Assembly (NCBI GenBank): GCA_963740315.1
Contig: CAVUDP010000003.1
Span: forward strand, 64,001 to 128,000
From: an uncultured cyanobacterium
GTDB taxonomy: Bacteria > Cyanobacteriota > Cyanobacteriia > Cyanobacteriales > Nostocaceae
Length of the DNA: 64,000 nucleotides
Direction: 5' to 3'
Shown here: piece by piece, positions 1 to 9,099 of the stretch
How the letters are laid out: every line of letters starts with the position of its first letter
Numbering within the stretch: the stretch's first letter is position 1
Notes under the pieces: model-generated
What the model saw: the letters and a program-made list of their open reading frames with translations, nothing else
What the model was told of the DNA's origin: nothing
Database searches by the model: none
Made by a program: the position numbers and the translations under genes

Positions 1-11
1 TTAAGTTACTA

Positions 12-45
12 AAAAACCCGGCTTCTTGAAAAAACCGGGTTTTTT
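12..45 (-). terminator. Intrinsic terminator downstream of dps
   Basis: Inverted repeat AAAAACCCGG...CCGGGTTTTT with A/T tails just past the dps stop. Confidence 0.65.
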
Positions 46-94
46 AATTTTTAATTCAAAAAAAATTCAGAATGCTATAAACAATTAACAAAAT

Positions 95-652
95 TTAGTT
101 AGTAGCACCAACTTTTTGTTGAGTTCCGCTTTCTGCTTTGACTTCAGAAACTTGGATATGAGCTTCTAAGAACCAGAGTCGCTTGTCAATAGTACGAGAA
201 ACTTCAACGTAAAGATCGTTTGTATCTTGGTCGTTTAATTCGTCGGTTTTATCGATCGCTTCTCTTAAATGCTTACCATATGCTGCAAAACGCTCAACTA
301 AAGCGGTTACGTGTTCCATTCCGTCCAAAATGTCGGTGGGGTATTCTGGCAATATGGAATTAGCAGCAGCCATGCGAACTGTACCGCAAGCGTAACCAGC
401 TAAAGCGGTGACTCGTTCGGCGAACATATCAATGTACTCTTCTATTTCACCAGCAATTTCGTCAAACATTTCGTGAAGCTGGTAGAAATCGGTTCCTTTA
501 ACATTCCAGTGCGCTTGTTTTACCTGGCTTTTCAAATCTGAGGTTGCAGCCACGGTTTGATTGAGAAGTGTAACAACCTGGCTTCGCACGTTAGCAGGAA
601 TATCAATATGAGACGGATAAAGACGTGATGCGATTCCGTTTGTGTCGCCCAT
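95..652 (-). CDS. dps: DNA starvation/stationary phase protection protein Dps
   Basis: KQAHWNVKG..FYQLHEMFDE, D.FAER and DKRLWFLEAH ferroxidase motifs. Confidence 0.95.
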   Translation of the reverse strand: MGDTNGIASRLYPSHIDIPANVRSQVVTLLNQTVAATSDLKSQVKQAHWNVKGTDFYQLHEMFDEIAGEIEEYIDMFAERVTALAGYACGTVRMAAANSILPEYPTDILDGMEHVTALVERFAAYGKHLREAIDKTDELNDQDTNDLYVEVSRTIDKRLWFLEAHIQVSEVKAESGTQQKVGATN

Positions 653-873
653 GATAATGCATCTCTCTTAAGATAGACACTATTAACTTTACAGTTATAA
701 ATTTATTTTTAAAACTCTCTATCGACTTAGTTGTTTAAAAGACAAAACTTTCTACCGATAGAGGGAACTAAAGTTTATAACAGTTATGGATAAGAAATTG
801 AGGGTTATTATTCTATAGGTATGAAGCAAACAGACAGTTATAAAATGATTTATTCACCTATTTACTTAAACTT

Positions 874-1275
874 ATGAACTACCAAGTTATTTATGACGGC
901 AACTGCAATCTTTGCGTTACTTTAGTACAAATTTTAGAAAACTTAGACAAAGGACAAATGTTTAACTACATTCCCATGCAAGATGAGCGATCGCTTCAAA
1001 AGTGGAATATTACATCAACTGATTGCGAATTGGGGATGATTTTGATTGATGCAAATGCTCCAGAAAAACGCTGGCAAGGAAGTGCAGCAGCAGAAGAAAT
1101 TGGACGGTTATTACCAGGTGGCAGTGTATTTGTTGATGCTTATCGCACTTTACCGGGATTAAAATGGGCTGGCGATAAATTCTACGAACAAATCCGCGAT
1201 AACCGCTACACAATTTTTGGTAAGCGCGATCGTACCTACGAATCAGCTTATTGTAGTGATGGCAATTGCCGTTAG
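874..1275 (+). CDS. DCC1-like thiol-disulfide oxidoreductase (DUF393)
   Basis: N-terminal YDGNCNLC (DxxCxxC) and C-terminal Y..I.DNRY..FG. Confidence 0.85.
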   Translation: MNYQVIYDGNCNLCVTLVQILENLDKGQMFNYIPMQDERSLQKWNITSTDCELGMILIDANAPEKRWQGSAAAEEIGRLLPGGSVFVDAYRTLPGLKWAGDKFYEQIRDNRYTIFGKRDRTYESAYCSDGNCR

Positions 1276-1293
1276 TAGCTAGCGGTGTTAGAT

Positions 1294-1341
1294 AAACCGG
1301 GTTTGTAGCATAGTAAAAAATCAGAATAAACCCGGTTTTTT
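1294..1341. terminator. Bidirectional terminator between convergent genes
   Basis: AAACCGGGTTT...AAACCCGGTTTTTT inverted repeat. Confidence 0.55.
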
Positions 1342-1352
1342 AGTAATTATCT

Positions 1353-1793
1353 CTAATTATTTTCCTTTTCCGAATTGCTATTAAACACTTCTAAAACTTG
1401 ACGACAAAAATCTTTTAACTTTTCTCGTTTTTCTTCAGAAGGCTCAAGCTTACCGACAATATTCCAATTTTCTACTGTAGAAAGCCGCCACTGTTCCCCC
1501 CGATGGTCAAATCCAGCAACTTCCACACCTATTGCACGACGCAACCCGGTAATGGGATCTTGATAAAAACGAATCTGAGTCAAGATACTGCGACTTTGCC
1601 AAGATTTACTGACACCAGGAAAGTGAAAACCGATATCTATAGAATCTGGATCTACTAATTCCATTGTTTGCTCATCACTTCTCCAAGGTTTGAGGTCTGA
1701 CTTTGCGTCGGGAAACTCAAACTTAAATAAATTTACCACCGCAGCAATTTTACTAGCAAATTCAAGATTTGTTGCCATCTCAGATGCGTTCAC
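1353..1793 (-). CDS. Conserved cyanobacterial hypothetical protein
   Basis: 146-aa ORF with DLKPW..D..T..LVDPDSIDIGFHFPG motif; normal composition. Confidence 0.7.
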   Translation of the reverse strand: MNASEMATNLEFASKIAAVVNLFKFEFPDAKSDLKPWRSDEQTMELVDPDSIDIGFHFPGVSKSWQSRSILTQIRFYQDPITGLRRAIGVEVAGFDHRGEQWRLSTVENWNIVGKLEPSEEKREKLKDFCRQVLEVFNSNSEKENN

Positions 1794-2128
1794 AAAAAAA
1801 CTCCCTTTTTCTATAAGCAGTTAATGTCAAGAAGGTTACAATTACTTTTAAACGCCAAAAAGCTGACCTTATTAGTGCTTCAGCTTATCAAGCCTCAAAT
1901 GAGTAAAGCAACGATAAATACAACTTTTTATGTAGGCAATTGAGAGTTAGAAGTTAAGAGTCGTAATTTCACTTATACCAATTCTGTATGAGACTGCACC
2001 CTTCTCGCCCTCACTCCGCAAGAGTGCGGCTACTCAAACAAATCTAAAATCTAAAATCTAAAATCCAAAATTGTGTCACCCTCAACAAGCTAAAATTACT
2101 GTGTTAATTGGCAAAATAAATTCAGTTT

Positions 2129-2593
2129 ATGTCCCGTATACGCCCTCTTTTCTCGTTAATCCTAGTATCTTTAGCAACATTACTTATCAGTTGTGGCGGT
2201 CCAAATGTTGCTGCAACACCTCCGACTTATACTCCATTACAAATACAAAAAATCCAGGAATACACTCCTGAAGTGGTAGCCGTACAAGAACGTGCTGCGG
2301 AATTGCAAAGGCTGATTCAAACTAAAAATTGGACAGACGTAAGCAATTTTATACACGGTCCGGTGGCAGAAGCAAAGTTTAATATGAACTACATTGTTTC
2401 CAACCTTTTGCCAGAAGAACAAAAACAAGCACGTAAAATTGTGCGGGATATGTTCAACAATCTTGTCAAAATTGACCAAGCTTCCAAAAACGCGGATGTC
2501 CGAGAAGCCCTAAATTATTATGATGCTGCTTTTGCAGATATTGACAAATTTTTAGGTTTGCTTCCAAAAAATACTGTATCTGGGGAAGCGTAA
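2129..2593 (+). CDS. psbQ: Photosystem II lipoprotein PsbQ
   Basis: Lipobox LISC, PPTYT, and W.DV.NFIHGP motif of CyanoQ. Confidence 0.92.
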   Translation: MSRIRPLFSLILVSLATLLISCGGPNVAATPPTYTPLQIQKIQEYTPEVVAVQERAAELQRLIQTKNWTDVSNFIHGPVAEAKFNMNYIVSNLLPEEQKQARKIVRDMFNNLVKIDQASKNADVREALNYYDAAFADIDKFLGLLPKNTVSGEA

Positions 2594-2721
2594 GTGTTTT
2601 TGTCCTTAGTTGATAAACAATTTAGGTAAAAGTTAGAAGTTATAATTTGACGTTGCACGTTTGCGTGTGTCGTCAGTCTGAGACGTTGCACTGCAACGTC
2701 TCTACATAATTTATTGAATCT

Positions 2722-3906
2722 ATGAATCATCTAGTTATTATCGGTTGCGGTATTATTGGAGCAACATTAGCTTACGAACTCAGTTTAATTGAAGGGTTAA
2801 AAATTACGGTTGTGGATAAGCAACCCCCAGCCCAAGCCGCTACAGGTGCAGCTTTAGGCGTTTTGATGGGTGTTATCAGCCACAAGGTTAAAGGTAAAGC
2901 TTGGCGGATGCGACAAACAAGCATCCAGCGTTATGAAACTTTGATTCCAGAATTAGAAGCAATAACAAATCGACGCATCCCCTTCAACCGTCAAGGAATT
3001 TTAATGTTGTTACCATCTCCTCAAGTAACAACTGACGATTTAGCAAAATGGGAGAAACTTAAAGAAACTCGTAAAAATCAAGGTTGGCAATTAGATATTT
3101 TAGATAAGGCTCAACTTGAAAAACTATGTCCCCAGGTAGATGTTAAATCCCAAGAATACATCGGAGCAATTCATTCACCACAAGATCGGCAACTCGATCC
3201 AACAGCATTAACGTTAGCTTTAGTGGAAGCAGCAAAACACAATGGTGTCAGCTTCAAATTTGGTGTAAGTGCTTTGGGGATGAAGTCAACGAAAAACCTA
3301 ACCCCCCAGCCCCCTTCCCTACTAGGGAATGGGGATTTAAAGGCTGTCTCCAACGGCGAGAGAAGTTTTTCAGCTACCGAATTGGAAACAACAGATGGTG
3401 CGATCGCAGCCGATAAATTTATTATCTCAGCAGGATTAGGTTCGTCACTTCTTACACAACAATTAAATCAAAAAGTTGATATTCGTCCGGTATTGGGACA
3501 AGCAATTCACTTACGTTTGGGACATGCTTTAGCAAAATCCGAATTTCAACCCGCCATAACTAATAACGATACCTATATAGTTCCTTGCGGTGCGGGTGTT
3601 TATCCAACTACAGATTATTGGGTAGGTGCGACAGTGGAATTTTCCGACGATGGTGGTGAAGTATCTGCCGACAAAGAACTATTAGATGCTACTTTGCACA
3701 GCGCGATCGCAACTTGTCCGGAGTTAGCGAAAGCCGATATCATCCGCACCTGGTCGGGTTTGCGTCCGCGTCCAGAAAATCGTCCCGCACCAGTTATCGA
3801 GCAACTACCAGGATACGACAACGTGATACTGGCTAGCGCTCATTATCGCAACGGGGTTTTGCTCGCACCCGCTACGGCGGAAATGGTGAAGGAAATGATT
3901 TTGTAA
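2722..3906 (+). CDS. FAD-dependent oxidoreductase (glycine/D-amino-acid oxidase family)
   Basis: GCGIIG Rossmann motif, WSGLRPRP, HYRNGVLLAPATA. Confidence 0.9.
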   Translation: MNHLVIIGCGIIGATLAYELSLIEGLKITVVDKQPPAQAATGAALGVLMGVISHKVKGKAWRMRQTSIQRYETLIPELEAITNRRIPFNRQGILMLLPSPQVTTDDLAKWEKLKETRKNQGWQLDILDKAQLEKLCPQVDVKSQEYIGAIHSPQDRQLDPTALTLALVEAAKHNGVSFKFGVSALGMKSTKNLTPQPPSLLGNGDLKAVSNGERSFSATELETTDGAIAADKFIISAGLGSSLLTQQLNQKVDIRPVLGQAIHLRLGHALAKSEFQPAITNNDTYIVPCGAGVYPTTDYWVGATVEFSDDGGEVSADKELLDATLHSAIATCPELAKADIIRTWSGLRPRPENRPAPVIEQLPGYDNVILASAHYRNGVLLAPATAEMVKEMIL

Positions 3907-3993
3907 GGTTGAGAAGTCGGGTTTTTATGTAAGAGTATCGCAACAACCTGACAATTTTATAAAAACCCGACTTCTGACCATTACGTTCTATTA

Positions 3994-5523
3994 TCAGTGA
4001 GTTTTAGATAACAATTCTAAAGTAGATAACCATTCTAATTTTTTATCCGAGTATAGTTTACAGCTTTGATATTCCGAAGCTCGCTTTATTAATTGCTCTA
4101 GTGGAATATGATTTAGTAATGCATCAAAATCTATAGATTGTAATAACTTTTTTGTAATTGGTCTTTTTGCGTCTAAAAAAGTTATTGATTTGAGAAAATA
4201 TAAGCATATATCGCTATTAAATAAACAAGCTAAAAGTATTGCTGATTCTAACGAGTCACACGAAATAAAATAACAGGTATCATCAAGCATTACCGGACGA
4301 TTATTTATTGGATGAACAACTCTAAATCTAGGTTGTTTGTGCAATCCCGAAATAGCGACTTTATAAAGAGAAAAAGAATAATCTCCGATTCCAAATATCG
4401 AAAATGGCGGTTTACCTTTATAAATAGAAGATTTTCGCTTATCAAATTGCTCTGAATGACTTTCAAGATATTGCCAAAGTCGCGGTGCTGTCTGTTGTAA
4501 ATTGTATGTATCTTCGCCGATTCTTTTCTGAGTAACTATAACACCTCGCTTTGAATCTATTTTTCCATGAAATAAATCGGTAGATTTGAGTAAAGGGTAA
4601 ATATAATCTGATTCAACATTAACTATTTGCTTAAATTTATTTTGAAAAACTCCTTTTGAAATACAAGAAAGTTCCATTATGGATGCTGCATCATGTTTTA
4701 ATCCTTGTCGCCAGGTTAAAGAACTACTTCCACTCAGAAAAGCCGATTTTCGATAAGCTTTAACATCCGCAACCAATTTGTTATCAATAATTCCGATAGT
4801 TGATTGTGGTTCACTTGCAGATAAATTCGGATAAACATCAGCTTGATAACTTGGTCGATCCGAACCAACATTTAAACAAAATAAACAAGCACTTACAGAA
4901 GCTTTAAACCATTTTTTGGCATCAATTAATCTAATTGACGCATTACTAATCTTAAGTTGAGCATCAAAAGCGAATTGCAGCACGTTACGAGCTACAGCAG
5001 TTTTACAAAGTAAAGCAATAGTTGGTTTTTCACAAACAAGTTCTTTAATCAGTTTTATGTAAATGTATTCTGTAATGTCAAAGTTAGAATGTCCGGTTAA
5101 AGCTTCAATACCTTTTAAGCCTTTAAAATTTGTTTTAATTGGCAGATTATTGCTTCCCAACCTTCCAAGTTGAGAATTTGTTACCCAAGGAGGATTACCT
5201 ATAACTAATAAATTACCATTTGCACTCCATTTCAAACTTTGACTTAAGTCTAAATCAAATATTTTCGCTTGTTGAATAACAACACGAGTTGAATTATTAT
5301 TTTCAGCAATTAATTTTACAGCTTGGAAGTATTCTGTATCAAATTCAATTGCTTGAATCTCTTTTGGAAGTTTATCGAGTGCTAATAAACCAGAAATAAA
5401 ATTCCCTTTTCCACAAGTTGGTTCAAATACTCTTTCCCAATACTTGTTATTTTCACTTAAACACTTTAATATTTCTGCTACTAATGCAGGAGGGGTTTGA
5501 AAATCACCAAATTGAGCTTTCAA
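3994..5523 (-). CDS. Amino-DNA methyltransferase of a type II R-M system (M.NspV-like)
   Basis: G.FQTP, FEPTCGKGNF (motif I) and IGNPPW (motif IV); overlaps the REase gene. Confidence 0.85.
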   Translation of the reverse strand: MKAQFGDFQTPPALVAEILKCLSENNKYWERVFEPTCGKGNFISGLLALDKLPKEIQAIEFDTEYFQAVKLIAENNNSTRVVIQQAKIFDLDLSQSLKWSANGNLLVIGNPPWVTNSQLGRLGSNNLPIKTNFKGLKGIEALTGHSNFDITEYIYIKLIKELVCEKPTIALLCKTAVARNVLQFAFDAQLKISNASIRLIDAKKWFKASVSACLFCLNVGSDRPSYQADVYPNLSASEPQSTIGIIDNKLVADVKAYRKSAFLSGSSSLTWRQGLKHDAASIMELSCISKGVFQNKFKQIVNVESDYIYPLLKSTDLFHGKIDSKRGVIVTQKRIGEDTYNLQQTAPRLWQYLESHSEQFDKRKSSIYKGKPPFSIFGIGDYSFSLYKVAISGLHKQPRFRVVHPINNRPVMLDDTCYFISCDSLESAILLACLFNSDICLYFLKSITFLDAKRPITKKLLQSIDFDALLNHIPLEQLIKRASEYQSCKLYSDKKLEWLSTLELLSKTH

Positions 5524-6175
5524 GCAGGTTTTCTACTCCTATATCCGTTTTTAAATTCGCAATGTCAATAATTCGACGATATTGAAGCCGCCATTGCAAT
5601 GCATTAGATATTGTAAGATATCTAAGTTGAGGAGGGTTTTGTAAGATTCTATCCGCAAGCAAATCGCGTCCAATTTCATCGAGAGGTAAATTACGCTCCT
5701 CTAGATAAGCAACAATATCATCTTTATTGCCGTTACGATTTAAAATTCCGATTAAGCCGTAAGTTGTTTGATAATCTCCTGTCTTTTCTTGTGATACAAA
5801 AATTGCATCTCGAAAATTTAAACGCGCTGTTTGAGTGGTGCTGTCATCAGATTTTTCGTAGGTAAACACCAGCAAATGATAACCCAAACCATACACTTTT
5901 TGACTCGCATCTCGAAAAGGAGAAGATGATTGGGGTTGACGAATTGAAGTTACTTTTAAATCTACATTCAAGTCAGGAAAATCAATACCGCTGGCAGCAT
6001 TACCCGGTATATAGTCGTAACTAGCTCTTAAATAATGGTTAAATGCTTGCTCAATATAAGTACCAACAGCTTTGCCATCAGTAGAGCCAAATAAATCTGG
6101 AATAGGAGTTCCGCTAATTTGTCTAATAAATAGTGCTGAGGCAATTTTAAAGTTGGTAAGTGTTAATTCGGTCAT
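5504..6175 (-). CDS. Type II restriction endonuclease, NspV-like
   Basis: TDGKAVGTYIEQ, GNAASGIDFP..NVDLKVTS (PD-DxK), TISNALQWRLQY, recalled as R.NspV-like; adjacent to an MTase. Confidence 0.75.
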   Translation of the reverse strand: MTELTLTNFKIASALFIRQISGTPIPDLFGSTDGKAVGTYIEQAFNHYLRASYDYIPGNAASGIDFPDLNVDLKVTSIRQPQSSSPFRDASQKVYGLGYHLLVFTYEKSDDSTTQTARLNFRDAIFVSQEKTGDYQTTYGLIGILNRNGNKDDIVAYLEERNLPLDEIGRDLLADRILQNPPQLRYLTISNALQWRLQYRRIIDIANLKTDIGVENLLESSIW

Positions 6176-6420
6176 GAGATAATTCCTACTACTGTTTAGA
6201 ATTATCTACTTATCTGTATACAATAGTACATATGAAAACCGCGATACGCAGAGCGCGACACCGAAGGTGTATTGCAACTTGTCCGGAGTTAGCGAGAGCC
6301 AGTATGGCTAACTTTACTTTGGCAAAAAAATATTTTATTTCCTGTGAAATTACTCATCAGGATAGTTCTATTTGGTTTATAAAATTAATACTGAAATGCA
6401 AGTTAAAAAAAATACTATAT

Positions 6421-7149
6421 ATGGGATTCCTGAAAAATCTGGGTAGTATCGTTGGTAAAGTTGCGGGAGGAACCGTTGGCGGTGGAATCGAAATTGCAGG
6501 AATATTAGTAAACAGTAATTTTGTTCAAGAGGTAGGACAAGGTGTATACCAATCAACTGTTCTTTCAACAGAAACCCTGGGTAGTTTAGCCGATGGAACA
6601 ATCACCGCAGTTTACGGAATTGTCACTGAAGACGAAAAGAGGATTAAAGAAGGTTTTTCTGAAGCTGGAAATGCAGTTAAAACCACAGTTACTGGAGTTG
6701 GACGAACAATTGCCTACACAGCTAACGGCGTAGGTGAAGTTTATAATGGTGTTGCCAATAATGACCTGAAGATGGCTGGACAAGGTGTCAGAAAAGTTGC
6801 CAAGATTGTTGCTATAAGTACTTTAGCTGTCGGAATTACTGAGCTACTAGACATGGGCGACGCAATTATTGCGGATGCTGAAATACTGGGAGAATCAATT
6901 ATTTCAGACGCAGAGATTTTTAGTGAAACAGTTATTGCTGATGCAGAAATTCTCAGCGATACTGAAATTTTATACGAAAATGCTTCGGAAAGTGTCGCTG
7001 ACACCCATTATGTTAAGCCTCACTGGGTTAACGGATACGAGCGAGCAGACGGAATTTATGTAGAAGGCTACTGGCGCGACGGCGATGGCAATACTTCTGT
7101 CAACCTGACTTCAGAAGAAGGGGGTGGTTATTCGCGTAGCAACCCGTAA
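6421..7149 (+). CDS. Hypothetical protein (Gly-rich helical N-terminus, acidic repeats, GYERADGIYVEGYWR tail)
   Basis: ATG at 6421 (MGFLKNLG...) is a more plausible start than 6232; three 11-aa IxDAEI repeats. Confidence 0.6.
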   Translation: MGFLKNLGSIVGKVAGGTVGGGIEIAGILVNSNFVQEVGQGVYQSTVLSTETLGSLADGTITAVYGIVTEDEKRIKEGFSEAGNAVKTTVTGVGRTIAYTANGVGEVYNGVANNDLKMAGQGVRKVAKIVAISTLAVGITELLDMGDAIIADAEILGESIISDAEIFSETVIADAEILSDTEILYENASESVADTHYVKPHWVNGYERADGIYVEGYWRDGDGNTSVNLTSEEGGGYSRSNP

Positions 7150-9099
7150 GAAAAAAAAAAAATGAAAAAAAAAAAAAAAAATACATGTCAGCCTAGTAAA
7201 CTGTTGTTCTTTTCCAGATGGGCATTGAGTCAGGATGTTATTAAAACCTGTAAGATGCCTCTAAATAATTGATGTTTTCACCTTAGTTTAGCAATTTTTT
7301 AAAACCAAATATAATAAGGCTTTTCAGTCTATTATGCAGGTATTGGAATTATAGTACAGTAATAAGTAATGAAGATATTTTTATGAATGTATAAATTTAT
7401 ATAAATAAAAATTTATATAATATACAAACATAATATTAAAATTGATTATACGTATAGAAGCTATAATACCTGCGGAGAATAATATAAAAAGTTTTGTATT
7501 TTGTTATAATAAAGATATTATAAATTTAGTAAATAAAATTAAAATGTAAAATATATGTATATTAGAAAATAATGAGTTAATTTAATTATTGTAAAATATT
7601 AAATTTATATTGTATAATAAAAATAGAAAGTTAATTTAATAGAAATTTATAATTAAAATTGTAAAAAATCAATTTATATTAAAATTTATTATTAAAGGTA
7701 TTGAGTGTGAAGAATGAGAATATAGTTATTGGACTATATTGTAGAGATGAAGAAATATAGTATTATATGAGGAATTCATAGGCTTAATACCTGCGGGGGT
7801 TATTTAGAAGCGCTAATTTAGGATCGAAGCTAAATATAATAAGGCTTTTCAGTCTTAGTTATGCTTCAGTCCGACTTTAAAAAGCTTTAACCGCAGTGAG
7901 GCTGTAGAACTGAGAGGATATCATGAGTAAGAATTGATGGGAGAACAGTCCTGACAATCCAAATCTTTCTAAGTAAAATTATCCCTCAACGGACCAATTC
8001 TCTATAAAGCATTATAAGCATTGATAAGCAGATCAGCCTGAAGTTACAGGAATTAATACACATCAGTTGATTAGCAATATTATCCCATGCAACATATGAT
8101 AAAGGAGATTCTTCTAAAGGCTGGAATAGAAATGTTTGTGGTTATTTTAGTATTGAAAAATTGGTGCTTACAAAGAACAGAATATGATGAAAGTTAATAG
8201 AGAGGTTGAGTTTGATTTAGTTGATTTTAAAGATGACTTTTACTATAGAGGTTATAAAATTTTTGCATCTGTAGTGAAAATCCAAGTAAAAAGAATTGCG
8301 TTTTCCTACTATTTTACATCCTAGCAAGCTCGAGTATTCTTGCAGAATAAGACTATGAACGTGTTTGGAAGGTATAACTGCTTTACTTGATAGAGCTAGA
8401 AAGGTCGCTTAATAAGTAGCATTTTCTAAACGTAAAAGTTTATCTGTTGAGGATGTGGTATGATATTCATTGGAAGTTTAGATCGCAATGTAACGAACTA
8501 ATGTATAGTAGGTTTGGCGGTACGCTAGTTATCATTTGTAGATTACTTATATACAATATTACTGTATTGGTCTAGATTTGAGTTTATAAAGGAGACTATA
8601 TAGTGTTAGTAATGAATGTGGAAAAATAGTGGTGCTAGTGTTATAAAATAAAAAAGATTGTTATTGATCGAGAGTGGAGAAAAAGCCGGAAGTAGTCATT
8701 ATTTTGAAAAAGGAATTTAATATGAGAATCGTGGTAAGTGGTTTGAATTGTGTCTCAGGTTTTTATACCGTATAAGAGGCTATAATACCTGCGGAGAGGA
8801 AAATTTACCTTGGCAATAATGAAGAAGATGAGTAGAAGTAGAACAAATAGGAATACTAGAGTGGAAAGACGATACTTATAAACTAGGGATAGCTTATACA
8901 GAATTTAACGGTATTAATTATCGTGTTAATAATTATGATTTAGGTGGCAGTTTATTGAAGATACTGGTGGAAATAAAGATACTTTGAGGAGGTAAGTTTT
9001 TTGTCACAGAACTGCATTAAATTGAGAGAGAAATATGGTCTTGAACGGGATGGAAAAAATTAATATAGACTCAACCAAGATAGTAAAATCCGCTACCAA

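Noticed and set aside
7300..8800. Recurrent TAATACCTGCGG and TAAGGCTTTTCAGTC motifs as a CRISPR array or attC cassettes
   Set aside because: Spacing is irregular (hundreds to ~1000 nt), repeats are short, and no cas or integrase gene is present.
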